Shown: positions 19,917 to 28,533 of the stretch, in pieces | Numbering within the stretch: the stretch's first letter is position 1 | Layout of the letters: the number at the start of each line of letters is the position of its first letter | Virus record (IMG/VR): IMGVR_UViG_2529292920_000018 | Coordinates: 2,322-66,321 of that record | DNA length: 64,000 nt | Strand: one strand, 5' to 3' | From: a virus | Lineage: Duplodnaviria; Heunggongvirae; Uroviricota; Caudoviricetes | Notes under the pieces: model-generated | The model's input: only the letters and a program-made list of their open reading frames with translations | Database searches by the model: none | Told to the model about the DNA's origin: nothing | Position numbers and translations under genes: made by a program

Positions 19917-20242
19917 TATTGACCTCCGGTATTGCGGTACTGCTGTACCACTTCCAGTTTGTTATAAAGCGCGTCCAGTTTGGCCTCAATGACTGTCTGG
20001 CCACGGATATAATCCTCTCGACGGACATAATTCAGCGGTAAATCCGCTTTAAATCGCATAAATTCTTTTTCCAGCTCGCCCCAGTTGGAGGCGGATTGTT
20101 GCAGGGCCTGTTCAAGGGAGGCGAATCGTGCCGCCTGGCGTTCTTCTGTTTTACTGAACAACCATTTGGCGAGCCCTCCCACAAACCCCATGAAGGTGAG
20201 CAGAAAACTCACCACCGTCCAGAATTCAACCTGCAGTGTCAT
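19916..20242 (-). CDS. Mu gp25-like membrane protein
   Basis: 108-aa ORF with N-terminal transmembrane helix. Confidence 0.45.
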   Translation of the reverse strand: MTLQVEFWTVVSFLLTFMGFVGGLAKWLFSKTEERQAARFASLEQALQQSASNWGELEKEFMRFKADLPLNYVRREDYIRGQTVIEAKLDALYNKLEVVQQYRNTGGQ

Positions 20243-20889
20243 TTCTGTAATCCTTCCCGTTCATCCAGTAACGCGTTTATCTGGTTCCGCCAGCGACGAC
20301 ATTGTCCTGCGTTGTCGATGATGTTGGCGAGAACGTCACGCTGGGAGACACCCGAATCGCGTAACCGGGTGTCAGTGGTTTCAGGTTGCCCGGTCGCTGT
20401 GCCAGAGCGGGTGCCAGCGGCGGCAACTGAGTCTGAATGACCGGTGTCGACGGATGCGTTGTCATATCCGAGTGCGGCGTTGTACTGGCGCACGAAACCG
20501 CGAGTAAACACGCACTCAATGGGATGGCTCTTACCTTTTTCATCAATCCAGCGCTGTGTGACATCGTTAATTTGCCCCTGTAGTTGTTTATTCCGGCTCT
20601 CCAGTTGAGCAATCTGCTCAAGATAACCGGCTTCAGCCCGCTGCCCGGCGGCCACCTGCTCCTGATACCGTCTGGCCCAGGCCCGCAGCGCAGCATTCTC
20701 AAGCGTTGCCTGCTCCGTTTTGTACGCGTCAAATGCTGACTGCAACTGACTGAGCGCGGTATCACCGTCACGCTTTGCAGAGTCATGACCACTTCTGTAT
20801 CCCATGGCATACAGGCCGACCAGAAAGGCATTGATAAGAATGGCCAGCAGAATGCCGCGCCACGGCAGCTTTTTAACCAGATGCCACAC
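20239..20889 (-). CDS. i-spanin (Rz-like)
   Basis: N-terminal TM helix WRGILLAILINAFLVGLYAMGY then coiled-coil; start uncertain (GTG at 20889, or upstream ATG at 20991 which would overlap the endolysin). Confidence 0.55.
   Translation of the reverse strand: MWHLVKKLPWRGILLAILINAFLVGLYAMGYRSGHDSAKRDGDTALSQLQSAFDAYKTEQATLENAALRAWARRYQEQVAAGQRAEAGYLEQIAQLESRNKQLQGQINDVTQRWIDEKGKSHPIECVFTRGFVRQYNAALGYDNASVDTGHSDSVAAAGTRSGTATGQPETTDTRLRDSGVSQRDVLANIIDNAGQCRRWRNQINALLDEREGLQK
20277..20543 (-). CDS. o-spanin (Rz1-like lipoprotein) embedded in Rz in the +1 frame
   Basis: MKKVRAIPLSACLLAVSC lipoprotein signal with lipobox, Pro-rich mature part, fully nested in the i-spanin gene. Confidence 0.6.
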   Translation of the reverse strand: MKKVRAIPLSACLLAVSCASTTPHSDMTTHPSTPVIQTQLPPLAPALAQRPGNLKPLTPGYAIRVSPSVTFSPTSSTTQDNVVAGGTR

Positions 20890-21613
20890 AACTGCTGCCT
20901 CCCCATGTGAGATATCGCGGTGCCAGTTCGCGCAGGATGCGCTGCGGATAATGGCGGTTCTCCCGCCAGCTGGCCGCATTGCGTCCGGCATTCACCGTGG
21001 CGACATGTCCGAACCAGCGGGTGCTGTCCAGACCTTTCTGTGATGCAAGCCGCCTGTCCCGTTGTACCCAGCCCAGACCACCGTTATAGCCCGACAGTGT
21101 CATGGCCATACGCTCGCAGTCACTGGCGGCGCTGACACGCTGCCACAGCCAGCGGTCATAGCTGACCAGCGCCCGGATAGCCCATGCCGGATTAAACGGC
21201 TCACGACTGCTCAGCATCGGTATCAACTGGCTTATCCAGTCGGCAGTGGCAGGCATGAACTGCGCCAGTCCCTGAGCGCCAGCCGGCGAGATCGCATCAG
21301 GTCGCCAGCCGCTTTCCTGATGCAGTTGCGCGGCGAAATCGGCCACCGGCGCAGACAGTCCCCATTCAAGCCGGGCATTACGGATCACATCATCGCGATA
21401 CTGCAGCGCAGCCTGCGGAGGTTGTGCTGCGCATGCCTGGCTGAAAAAGCCGCCACACCAGAGCAACATTGCGACAAAGAATACCCATGCCACATGAACC
21501 AGAAAGGTCCCGGCGCGGACTGACAGGCGTTCGGTTCTGATGAAGACCCGAAAGGCTTCGAAAGCCAGTTTCAGGGACATGCATACAATCCAGGTGATCT
21601 GCGGCCAGTTCAT
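20873..21613 (-). CDS. endolysin, lytic transglycosylase with N-terminal signal-anchor-release domain
   Basis: SLT-type motif QESGWRPDAISPAGAQGLAQFMP; hydrophobic N-terminal helix; between holin and spanins; exact start uncertain. Confidence 0.75.
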   Translation of the reverse strand: MNWPQITWIVCMSLKLAFEAFRVFIRTERLSVRAGTFLVHVAWVFFVAMLLWCGGFFSQACAAQPPQAALQYRDDVIRNARLEWGLSAPVADFAAQLHQESGWRPDAISPAGAQGLAQFMPATADWISQLIPMLSSREPFNPAWAIRALVSYDRWLWQRVSAASDCERMAMTLSGYNGGLGWVQRDRRLASQKGLDSTRWFGHVATVNAGRNAASWRENRHYPQRILRELAPRYLTWGGSSCVASG

Positions 21614-21615
21614 GA

Positions 21616-21966
21616 TTAAAGCCCCATCGCAACAGCCAGGCAGACCGCTGCAACAATCAGTGCACGGCGGATTAACGCAGCAGAAAACACCAGGTGAAGG
21701 CCGGTCTGTACCGGGAAACGCCCTTCAGCCATCAGCCTGTCGTCATGTTTCAGGTACTGACCGGGACGGGCTTTGGGGAAGAGCGAACGGTCAAGCCAGT
21801 AACCCAGCACTGCTGCCAGCGTGATGAGTGCCAGCTTGTAGATCACAACAGGCAGCTGCTGTGGTGAGACCAGAGCGATGGTGCCCAGCAACAGCACTGA
21901 GGTCAGCAGCCAGCCGCTGAGGCGAGGTTTTTTAACAGGGGGAATGAATTTTTTCAGGTTTTTCAT
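21616..21966 (-). CDS. putative holin
   Basis: Start at ATG 21966 (MKNLKKF...) with GGAGA 6 nt upstream; multiple TM helices; first gene of lysis cassette. Confidence 0.55.
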   Translation of the reverse strand: MKNLKKFIPPVKKPRLSGWLLTSVLLLGTIALVSPQQLPVVIYKLALITLAAVLGYWLDRSLFPKARPGQYLKHDDRLMAEGRFPVQTGLHLVFSAALIRRALIVAAVCLAVAMGL

Positions 21967-22096
21967 GTGTGTCTCCTTATCTGGTGGAGACAGCATCACA
22001 AATACAGGGCGCGAAGGATTTTAAAGCGCGTTAAGAGAGCCGGGGATACGGGATGTGCAGGATAAACGATGAATTATTCACAGAGGAGAATACGAT

Positions 22097-22825
22097 ATGA
22101 CGCAGACACTGAATCCGGTCATCACTGTCACCGTGTCCGGTCCTGTGGGCAGCGGTAAAAGTTACATATTGGCGCGAATAGAGGAAGTGGTGAAACAGGA
22201 ATTCGGAAACAGCGTCATTGTCGACGCCGCAGACGTGGACGGTGAGCGCCGTATGAGTGGGGATGATCTGAGCACATGGCAGAAACCACGGGCTGGCACA
22301 GTGATCAGGCTGGAGGAATACACGGGACAGGGCCTGTTGTCATACGGCGAGGAGCGTATCTGTCGGACGAATGAGCTGCTGGATGTTATATGCCCCACGG
22401 GCCGGCAACCCTGGATACTGCCCGATGCACTGCATGCCACCATTGCGGCACTGATGACAGTTTACGATCAGGAGCTGCTCATGAAGGAGTTACGTAAACT
22501 CACTGGTCAGTCAACAGAATGTTGTTCGTCCCCGAAGTACGGCAAACAGGAACACATCCCGATTAACCAGCCTCCCCGGTTCTTCGACGAATACCTTCTG
22601 ACACCGGAAAATAAAGCTGAGCATGAAGAGATCAAAGCGGCGTTGTTCCGGGAAATCAGGAAGATTGCTGAAATGCAACTGGAGGGCGGGCTGGACAGAG
22701 TGATGGCGAGAGGAGAATGGGCATCGCTGTTTGAAAGAGTTTCCCCGGAATTACTTCCCCTCGCACTGGCTATCGGGATTATGCAGACAGCGGATAAACC
22801 TCACTTACGTTCATTAAACACGTAA
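22097..22825 (+). CDS. P-loop NTPase-like cargo protein, function unknown
   Basis: Walker A motif GPVGSGKS near N-terminus; plus-strand gene inserted between late operon and Dam. Confidence 0.5.
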   Translation: MTQTLNPVITVTVSGPVGSGKSYILARIEEVVKQEFGNSVIVDAADVDGERRMSGDDLSTWQKPRAGTVIRLEEYTGQGLLSYGEERICRTNELLDVICPTGRQPWILPDALHATIAALMTVYDQELLMKELRKLTGQSTECCSSPKYGKQEHIPINQPPRFFDEYLLTPENKAEHEEIKAALFREIRKIAEMQLEGGLDRVMARGEWASLFERVSPELLPLALAIGIMQTADKPHLRSLNT

Positions 22826-23205
22826 CGCATAATCCGGGATACGCATTCAGCGATGACTGCATTTTCACCGGTTTTTACTGCATCCAGAAGTGACTCTTTA
22901 AATGGTACGGGCCGGGGCTGCAGAAAGGTCGGCATGGCATTGAGCAGACAGAGCGTTTTTTCCGTGAGGACGACATCAGCCGCTCCCACAGCCAGCAACT
23001 GAGAGTAACGAATATAGCTGTTATCCCGAAGCCATATCAGCGTATCAATAAAACACCGGCACTTTTTCTGGTCGTGATCAACCTGGTCCGGGATATCGAA
23101 AAAACCAGAATAAATCAAAACCTGAGGTGCCGGATGCGTGTTCAGTAATCGGCAGAATATTTTGCCGGTGAGTACATAAAAATCATCATTTAAGGAGTGC
23201 ATCAT
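22801..23205 (-). CDS. hypothetical protein
   Basis: 134-aa ORF convergent with and overlapping the P-loop gene 3' end; no good RBS at the first ATG. Confidence 0.3.
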   Translation of the reverse strand: MMHSLNDDFYVLTGKIFCRLLNTHPAPQVLIYSGFFDIPDQVDHDQKKCRCFIDTLIWLRDNSYIRYSQLLAVGAADVVLTEKTLCLLNAMPTFLQPRPVPFKESLLDAVKTGENAVIAECVSRIMRYVFNERK

Positions 23206-23419
23206 GAATCCCCGATTAACGTTAACAGAACATCAGCGCCGTGCTGAAGCAGTGAACAATGTTCTGGAAGATATTATCCGGTTATACCGCGGAGAACTGA
23301 GTGTCTGTCGTGCCGCTTTTCATTTTCAGGGAATACAAAAGCAGTTTGATACTTCTGTTTTTGCAGAAGGTATTACTTATGCCCTGGACCGGATAAGGTC
23401 AGAAAATCGCCCCGGATAA
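23204..23419 (+). CDS. hypothetical small protein
   Basis: 71-aa ORF with AAGGAG 6 nt upstream of ATG. Confidence 0.45.
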   Translation: MNPRLTLTEHQRRAEAVNNVLEDIIRLYRGELSVCRAAFHFQGIQKQFDTSVFAEGITYALDRIRSENRPG

Positions 23420-23609
23420 TCCCTAAACCACATTAACAGAAATCCCGCCATCCCTGCCGCATCATGAAAGAACGACCAGCCCGGCACCCGAAAGCCGGGC
23501 TGGTCATCGCCCCACAGGAATGCGCTGTGAGCCGACCAAGGTTCAGTCAGTCTCGCGAGACCTGACCAGACTGCCATATTTTTTAATAATTGTAAAAGGC
23601 TTACAGATT

Positions 23610-24374
23610 ATGAAAATGCAGACATTACCCATCGTGCCGTGGATTGGTGGCAAACGCCGCCTTGCAAAACACATTCTGCCGCTGTTTCCGGCGCATGAAT
23701 GTTATGTGGAGCCGTTTTGTGGGGCAGCAGCGCTCTATTTTCTTAAGACACCCGGCAAGATCGAAGTCATCAATGATATCAACGGTGAACTGGTGAATCT
23801 GTACCGGGTGGTAAAGCATCACCTGGAAGAATTTGTCCGCCAGTTCAAATGGGCGCTGGTCAGCCGTCAGATCTACAAATGGCTGCAGATCACCCCGGAA
23901 GAAACACTGACGGATATCCAGCGTGCGGCACGGTTCTACTACCTTCAGAAGCAGGCGTTTGGCGGCAAGGTGGCAGAGCACAGCTTCGGTACCTCCACCA
24001 CATCCCCGCCACGCTTCAACCTGCTACGTATTGAAGAAGAACTGTCAGCGGCACACCTGCGGCTTTCCAGAACAGTCATAGAACACATGGACTGGCAACA
24101 GTGCATTGAGCGTTATGATCGTCCGCACACGCTGTTCTACTGCGACCCACCGTACCTGGGTACGGAAGGCTATGGTGTGGATTTTCCTGAAGGGAACTAC
24201 TCGCGGCTGGCAGAGCTGGCCCGGTGCATCAGAGGAAAAATGATAATTTCGGTGAACGACATCCCGCAGATGCGCGAGGTGTTCACTGGACTGAACATAC
24301 AGACAGTGAATATCAACTACAGTCTGGCGGGTAAACCCACGCCGCGCCGTGAACTGCTAATCTGCAACTTCTGA
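23610..24374 (+). CDS. dam: DNA adenine methyltransferase (Dam / D12 class)
   Basis: DPPY catalytic motif and FCGAAALYF SAM-binding motif; start set at ATG 23610 (MKMQTLPIVPW). Confidence 0.85.
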   Translation: MKMQTLPIVPWIGGKRRLAKHILPLFPAHECYVEPFCGAAALYFLKTPGKIEVINDINGELVNLYRVVKHHLEEFVRQFKWALVSRQIYKWLQITPEETLTDIQRAARFYYLQKQAFGGKVAEHSFGTSTTSPPRFNLLRIEEELSAAHLRLSRTVIEHMDWQQCIERYDRPHTLFYCDPPYLGTEGYGVDFPEGNYSRLAELARCIRGKMIISVNDIPQMREVFTGLNIQTVNINYSLAGKPTPRRELLICNF

Positions 24375-24381
24375 AACAAAA

Positions 24382-24404
24382 CCGGAAAGCACAATGCTTT
24401 CCGG
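24382..24404 (-). terminator. perfect 10-bp-stem hairpin, possible bidirectional terminator
   Basis: CCGGAAAGCA-CAA-TGCTTTCCGG; T-tract follows on the minus strand only. Confidence 0.4.
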
Positions 24405-24490
24405 TAAACCAAACAACTTCCACTATGTCACTGGCGATGTTTTCTGAAAGCATCCAGATCAACCACCTGTCCTTTGTGTCCGGGTCAGTA

Positions 24491-24847
24491 TCAGCCTGCG
24501 ATTTTTCCTGGTTTTGGCTGAGTATAGAATCGCCCAATCTCAAGAAATGAGCGTTGTTGGTCTGGTGTCATGTCGTCAAAAGTATCTATTAGTTTTTGTT
24601 TTTCTGGGGAAATTTGATTCTGGTTTCTAGTCATACCATCTGTGCTCATTCCAGTGAGCAACCAATTTACATCAACATTAAACTCTTGATGCATCTTTAA
24701 CAGAAACTCCCCTCCAGGCATCGCCTTTCCATTTTCAATCTGACTGATACCACCATTAGAAATACCTAAACGAGCTGCAAATTCTCTCTGGTTCAACCCT
24801 GCTTTCTTCCTCACAGAAATAACGCGCTCTCCTATATCTTTGCTCAT
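24491..24847 (-). CDS. phage repressor, XRE-family HTH
   Basis: HTH motif QREFAARLGISNGGISQIENGK; divergent from ner. Confidence 0.75.
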   Translation of the reverse strand: MSKDIGERVISVRKKAGLNQREFAARLGISNGGISQIENGKAMPGGEFLLKMHQEFNVDVNWLLTGMSTDGMTRNQNQISPEKQKLIDTFDDMTPDQQRSFLEIGRFYTQPKPGKIAG

Positions 24848-24870
24848 AAAAGTGAATCTCTATCTTGATA

Positions 24871-24888
24871 TGCTCATAATTATGAGCA
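24871..24888. promoter_or_regulatory. putative operator: perfect 18-bp palindrome
   Basis: TGCTCATAATTATGAGCA between TTGATA (24865..24870) and AATAAT (24888..24893); half-site TGCTCATAA repeated at 24841..24849 over the repressor start. Confidence 0.5.
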
Positions 24889-24940
24889 ATAATCTAACAC
24901 ATATAAGGCAAACATCATTGCATCAACAAAGGAGACAACG

Positions 24941-25129
24941 ATGACTGCAGAACAAGTCAAAGCTCTCTTCCGCCAGCGCGGGATCACTTTCACCCGCTGG
25001 GCAGAAGAAAACGGCTACAACCGCAATGAGGTATACCGCGTTCTCAACGGGCAGACCAAAGCCCGTTACGGTAAATCCCATGAAATCGCCGTGAAGTTGG
25101 GACTGAAATCAACAGCTCAGGCGGCCTAA
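24941..25129 (+). CDS. ner: Ner-like DNA-binding regulator
   Basis: 62-aa HTH protein, first gene of rightward early operon. Confidence 0.6.
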   Translation: MTAEQVKALFRQRGITFTRWAEENGYNRNEVYRVLNGQTKARYGKSHEIAVKLGLKSTAQAA

Positions 25130-25175
25130 ATATTTTGAGTCTTTGTAAAAGGTTATCACATATCGCAAAAGAGGT

Positions 25176-25490
25176 ATGCAGATGAGTAAGACGAATGTTT
25201 CAAGCTCCGGCAGTCGCATCCTCCGGGTACTCAAAGCGCTGCGCGGTCATGCCCTGAACGGTATTTCTAACGGTGAACTGGCGACAGCACTGCACGAGTC
25301 ACCGGCAAACATCAACCGGGCACTCAACACCCTCATTGAAGAAGGGCTGGCTCTGAAACTGGAGAACGGACGTTTTGCACCGGGCATCCAGTTACTGCAG
25401 ATCGCCATGGCCCACAGTAACGAGATGGCACGTGCACAGGATCGTATTAACGAAATTAACCAACGTGTCATTTCAGGTAGTCGTTTGTAA
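25176..25490 (+). CDS. hypothetical protein, possible winged-helix DNA-binding
   Basis: 104-aa ORF in early operon. Confidence 0.4.
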   Translation: MQMSKTNVSSSGSRILRVLKALRGHALNGISNGELATALHESPANINRALNTLIEEGLALKLENGRFAPGIQLLQIAMAHSNEMARAQDRINEINQRVISGSRL

Positions 25491-25500
25491 GGAGTAATCA

Positions 25501-26421
25501 ATGGGACGTACCAAATCACCGATTAACACTGAACTGAACGCCGATGTACCGCTGTCGGATGATCTCAACGTCAGCCTGAATGCCATGACACAGCATCGCA
25601 TGGAGATCATGCAGCAGTTTGGTGATGGACTGCCTTATGAACGTGAACGCATCGTTCACGAAGCACGTTTTTATATGGCGCAGAGTGCTGAATCTATGTT
25701 GGAAGCGGGTAAGCGGCTGATCATCTTAAAAGAAAATGAACCGCATGGTGATTTCACAAATATTCTGGAAAACGACCTCGGATTAGCACCACAGGTAGCT
25801 CGTCGCATGATGCAGGCCAGCGTGAAATTTCTCGGCAATGGAGATGAACAGCCAAAACGCTCAGCGCTGAGCGTTTTGGGAAAAACCAAGTTATATGAAC
25901 TGATGGTTCTGGATGACGAAGAACTCGACGCATTAGCTGATGGTGGAACCGTCGCCGGTGCAACGCTTGATGATATTGATCGCATGACCAGCCGCGAACT
26001 GAAGGCCGCCCTGCGTGAAGCGCGCGAAACCAACGCAGCTCAGCAACAGGTGCTTGCCGGAAAGGACGAAAAAATCAACGAACTGGCCACAAAACTGGAG
26101 AAGAAATCGCGCCTGCAACCTCCGCCGCCAGACGAAGAACTGAAAAAATTGCGGGCGGAAGTGACGGCATTAGCGGTTGAGGCCGAATCGGCTATCGCCG
26201 TCCGGCTGTCCAGTGTTTTTGAGACCCTGTGTGAATACTGCACCAAAAACATGATCGATACCCCCAGAGATTTCATGGCCGGTCTGGTCTGCCAGATTGA
26301 ACGCAGTGTTCATGCATTACGTGAGACGTTTGACCTTGAGGCCGCTCCATCGGGTAACGATGCCCCCGCCTGGCTGACCGAACCGGAACCTGAAATCAAC
26401 CGACCGGAGGATATGCAGTAA
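25501..26421 (+). CDS. hypothetical early protein, acidic coiled-coil
   Basis: 306-aa ORF between ner and transposase. Confidence 0.45.
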   Translation: MGRTKSPINTELNADVPLSDDLNVSLNAMTQHRMEIMQQFGDGLPYERERIVHEARFYMAQSAESMLEAGKRLIILKENEPHGDFTNILENDLGLAPQVARRMMQASVKFLGNGDEQPKRSALSVLGKTKLYELMVLDDEELDALADGGTVAGATLDDIDRMTSRELKAALREARETNAAQQQVLAGKDEKINELATKLEKKSRLQPPPPDEELKKLRAEVTALAVEAESAIAVRLSSVFETLCEYCTKNMIDTPRDFMAGLVCQIERSVHALRETFDLEAAPSGNDAPAWLTEPEPEINRPEDMQ

Positions 26422-26738
26422 TGAATACGAATAACACACAAAATACCCTGATGGACAGCCCGGAGGCACTGGGGCACGCACTGTGTAATCTGCTGCCGGA
26501 GATGGTGCAGGGTTTCCGCGTGGTGACCCCTTCCGGTGAAATCTGCGTACCCGCACAGGAGACGCACCCGTTTGTACTGACGATGGAGGTGATGCTGATG
26601 CAGCAGATAAGACGTCTGCAGAATCAGTCAGCATTACGCCCGGTAGTTGCACCGCAACCGGTAAATACCGTGGTGAAAACCTGCGATGGCGAAACACTGT
26701 GCGACCTCGCCAGAAAAATTGCCGCCAGAATCGGATAA
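26421..26738 (+). CDS. hypothetical protein
   Basis: 105-aa ORF overlapping the upstream stop (ATGA). Confidence 0.4.
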   Translation: MNTNNTQNTLMDSPEALGHALCNLLPEMVQGFRVVTPSGEICVPAQETHPFVLTMEVMLMQQIRRLQNQSALRPVVAPQPVNTVVKTCDGETLCDLARKIAARIG

Positions 26739-26753
26739 CAGGGAAGACAAGCT

Positions 26754-28523
26754 ATGACCCCGGCACTGACTGAAAAACTGGTTGAAACAGCCCGCGCGGC
26801 ACGTGACGCGGGGCATGGTAAACGCGGTGCAATATACGACGCTGCCTGTGCTGAACTTGGCATGTCCCGCGCCACTCTGCTGCGCAGGCTGAAGGAGGTA
26901 TCTGTGACTGATAAACGCAAAAAACGCGCCGATGCCGGGCGCAGCGCCCTGACCCGCGACGAAGCCGCGCTGATATCTGCCACACTGCGTGAGGCCACCC
27001 GCAAGAACGGTAAGCGTCTCTATTCCATCGCAGATGCAGTGGAAACCCTGCGGGCTAACGGCTTTATCACCGCAGGCAGAACAGATGAAACCACCGGTGA
27101 GTTTTTCCCGTTGTCTGAAGATGCCATCAGCCGTGCTCTGCGTAACTATGGCCTGCACCCGGAACAACTGGATGCCCCTGCACCACATACCGAAGTGGCC
27201 AGTCTGCATCCCAATCATGTCTGGCAGATTGACGCCTCACTCTGCACGCTTTACTACCTGAGCAATGGACATAAAGGGCTGCAGGTGATGGACAGCGCGA
27301 AGTTCTACAAGAACAAGCCCGCTAACCTTGCCCGTATCGCCAGTGACCGCGTGTGGAGTTACGAGATTACCGACCATGCCAGCGGCTGGATTTACGTTGA
27401 GTATGTGACGGGCGCGGAATCAGGTGAGAACCTGTGTTCTGTGCTTATCAACGCCATGCAGGAGCGTGGCGGCGCAGACGTGCTGCACGGCGTGCCGAAA
27501 ATACTCTATCTCGACCCCGGCTCGGCAAACACCGCGGGTATGACGAAAAACATGTGCCGCTCACTGGGCATCGACCTGATAGCGCACAAGCCGCATAACG
27601 CCCGCGCCACCGGACAGGTGGAAAAGGCGCGTGACATTATCGAACGCAAGCTGGAGCCGGGTCTGAAGTTCCGGCCGGTTCACAGTCTGGAAGAACTCAA
27701 CGCGCTGGCCGCGAAATGGCGCAGCCACTTTAACGCCACGGCTGTTCACAGCCGCCACGGTAAAACCCGCACGGATATCTGGCTGAAGATTACTGCTGAG
27801 CAGCTGAAAAAAGCGCCTTCCGTTAAGGTATGTCGTGAACTGGCTGTGGCGGCACCAGAACTCCGCAAAGTCACGCCAAAACTTCGTGTCTCGTTCCGGG
27901 GCACTGAATTTGACGTATCAACGGTACCGGGCGTACTGGTTGGTGAAAAACTGATGATTACCCGTAACCCATGGCGCAGCGATGTGGCACAGGTGGTTCT
28001 GACTGGTGAGGACGGCCACGAGACGTTCTTCCTGGTCGAAGAGGTCAGAAAGAACGAGTTTGGCTTTGCTGAAGGCGCGGCGGTATTTGGCGAAAGTTAC
28101 AAAGCCCTGCCGGAAACCCCGGCACAGATGGCGGCAAAAGAAACCGAAGCGCTGGTTACCGGTACAGACAACGCCGCAGATGCAGCCGCCGCACGCAAGG
28201 CGAAGGCGCTGCCGTTCGGCGGGCGGCTTGACCCGTATAAACATATCGACGACACCACACTTCCGGCCTATATGCCGAAGCGTGGTCAGGCCTCTGACGT
28301 ACGCGGGCCGCGCACTGAACAACGTCCCATGACTCATGTGGAGGCCGCGAAAGCCCTGCGCGATAAGTTCAGCACCGACGGCCTTACCTGGACGCCGGAA
28401 CATTACCGCCAGTTAACGGCACAGTACCCGGACGGCGTACCGGAAGCCGCACTGGATGAAGTCATGGCCACGCTGACCACACCGGCCCGCAGCAGTGTTA
28501 TCAGCATTGTTAACGGCAACTGA
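26754..28523 (+). CDS. DDE transposase (Mu A-like, integrase-core fold)
   Basis: 589-aa ORF with HVWQIDASL and YLDPGSANT catalytic-core-like motifs; followed by an AAA+ target-selection ATPase. Confidence 0.8.
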   Translation: MTPALTEKLVETARAARDAGHGKRGAIYDAACAELGMSRATLLRRLKEVSVTDKRKKRADAGRSALTRDEAALISATLREATRKNGKRLYSIADAVETLRANGFITAGRTDETTGEFFPLSEDAISRALRNYGLHPEQLDAPAPHTEVASLHPNHVWQIDASLCTLYYLSNGHKGLQVMDSAKFYKNKPANLARIASDRVWSYEITDHASGWIYVEYVTGAESGENLCSVLINAMQERGGADVLHGVPKILYLDPGSANTAGMTKNMCRSLGIDLIAHKPHNARATGQVEKARDIIERKLEPGLKFRPVHSLEELNALAAKWRSHFNATAVHSRHGKTRTDIWLKITAEQLKKAPSVKVCRELAVAAPELRKVTPKLRVSFRGTEFDVSTVPGVLVGEKLMITRNPWRSDVAQVVLTGEDGHETFFLVEEVRKNEFGFAEGAAVFGESYKALPETPAQMAAKETEALVTGTDNAADAAAARKAKALPFGGRLDPYKHIDDTTLPAYMPKRGQASDVRGPRTEQRPMTHVEAAKALRDKFSTDGLTWTPEHYRQLTAQYPDGVPEAALDEVMATLTTPARSSVISIVNGN

Positions 28524-28533
28524 GGAGGGAAAC

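Noticed and set aside
22801-23205. The 134-aa minus-strand ORF as a Mu C-type late activator
   Set aside because: Its position upstream of the lysis genes is suggestive, but it lacks the Mor/C-family C-terminal HTH signature seen in the mor product and has no good RBS, so it is kept as hypothetical.
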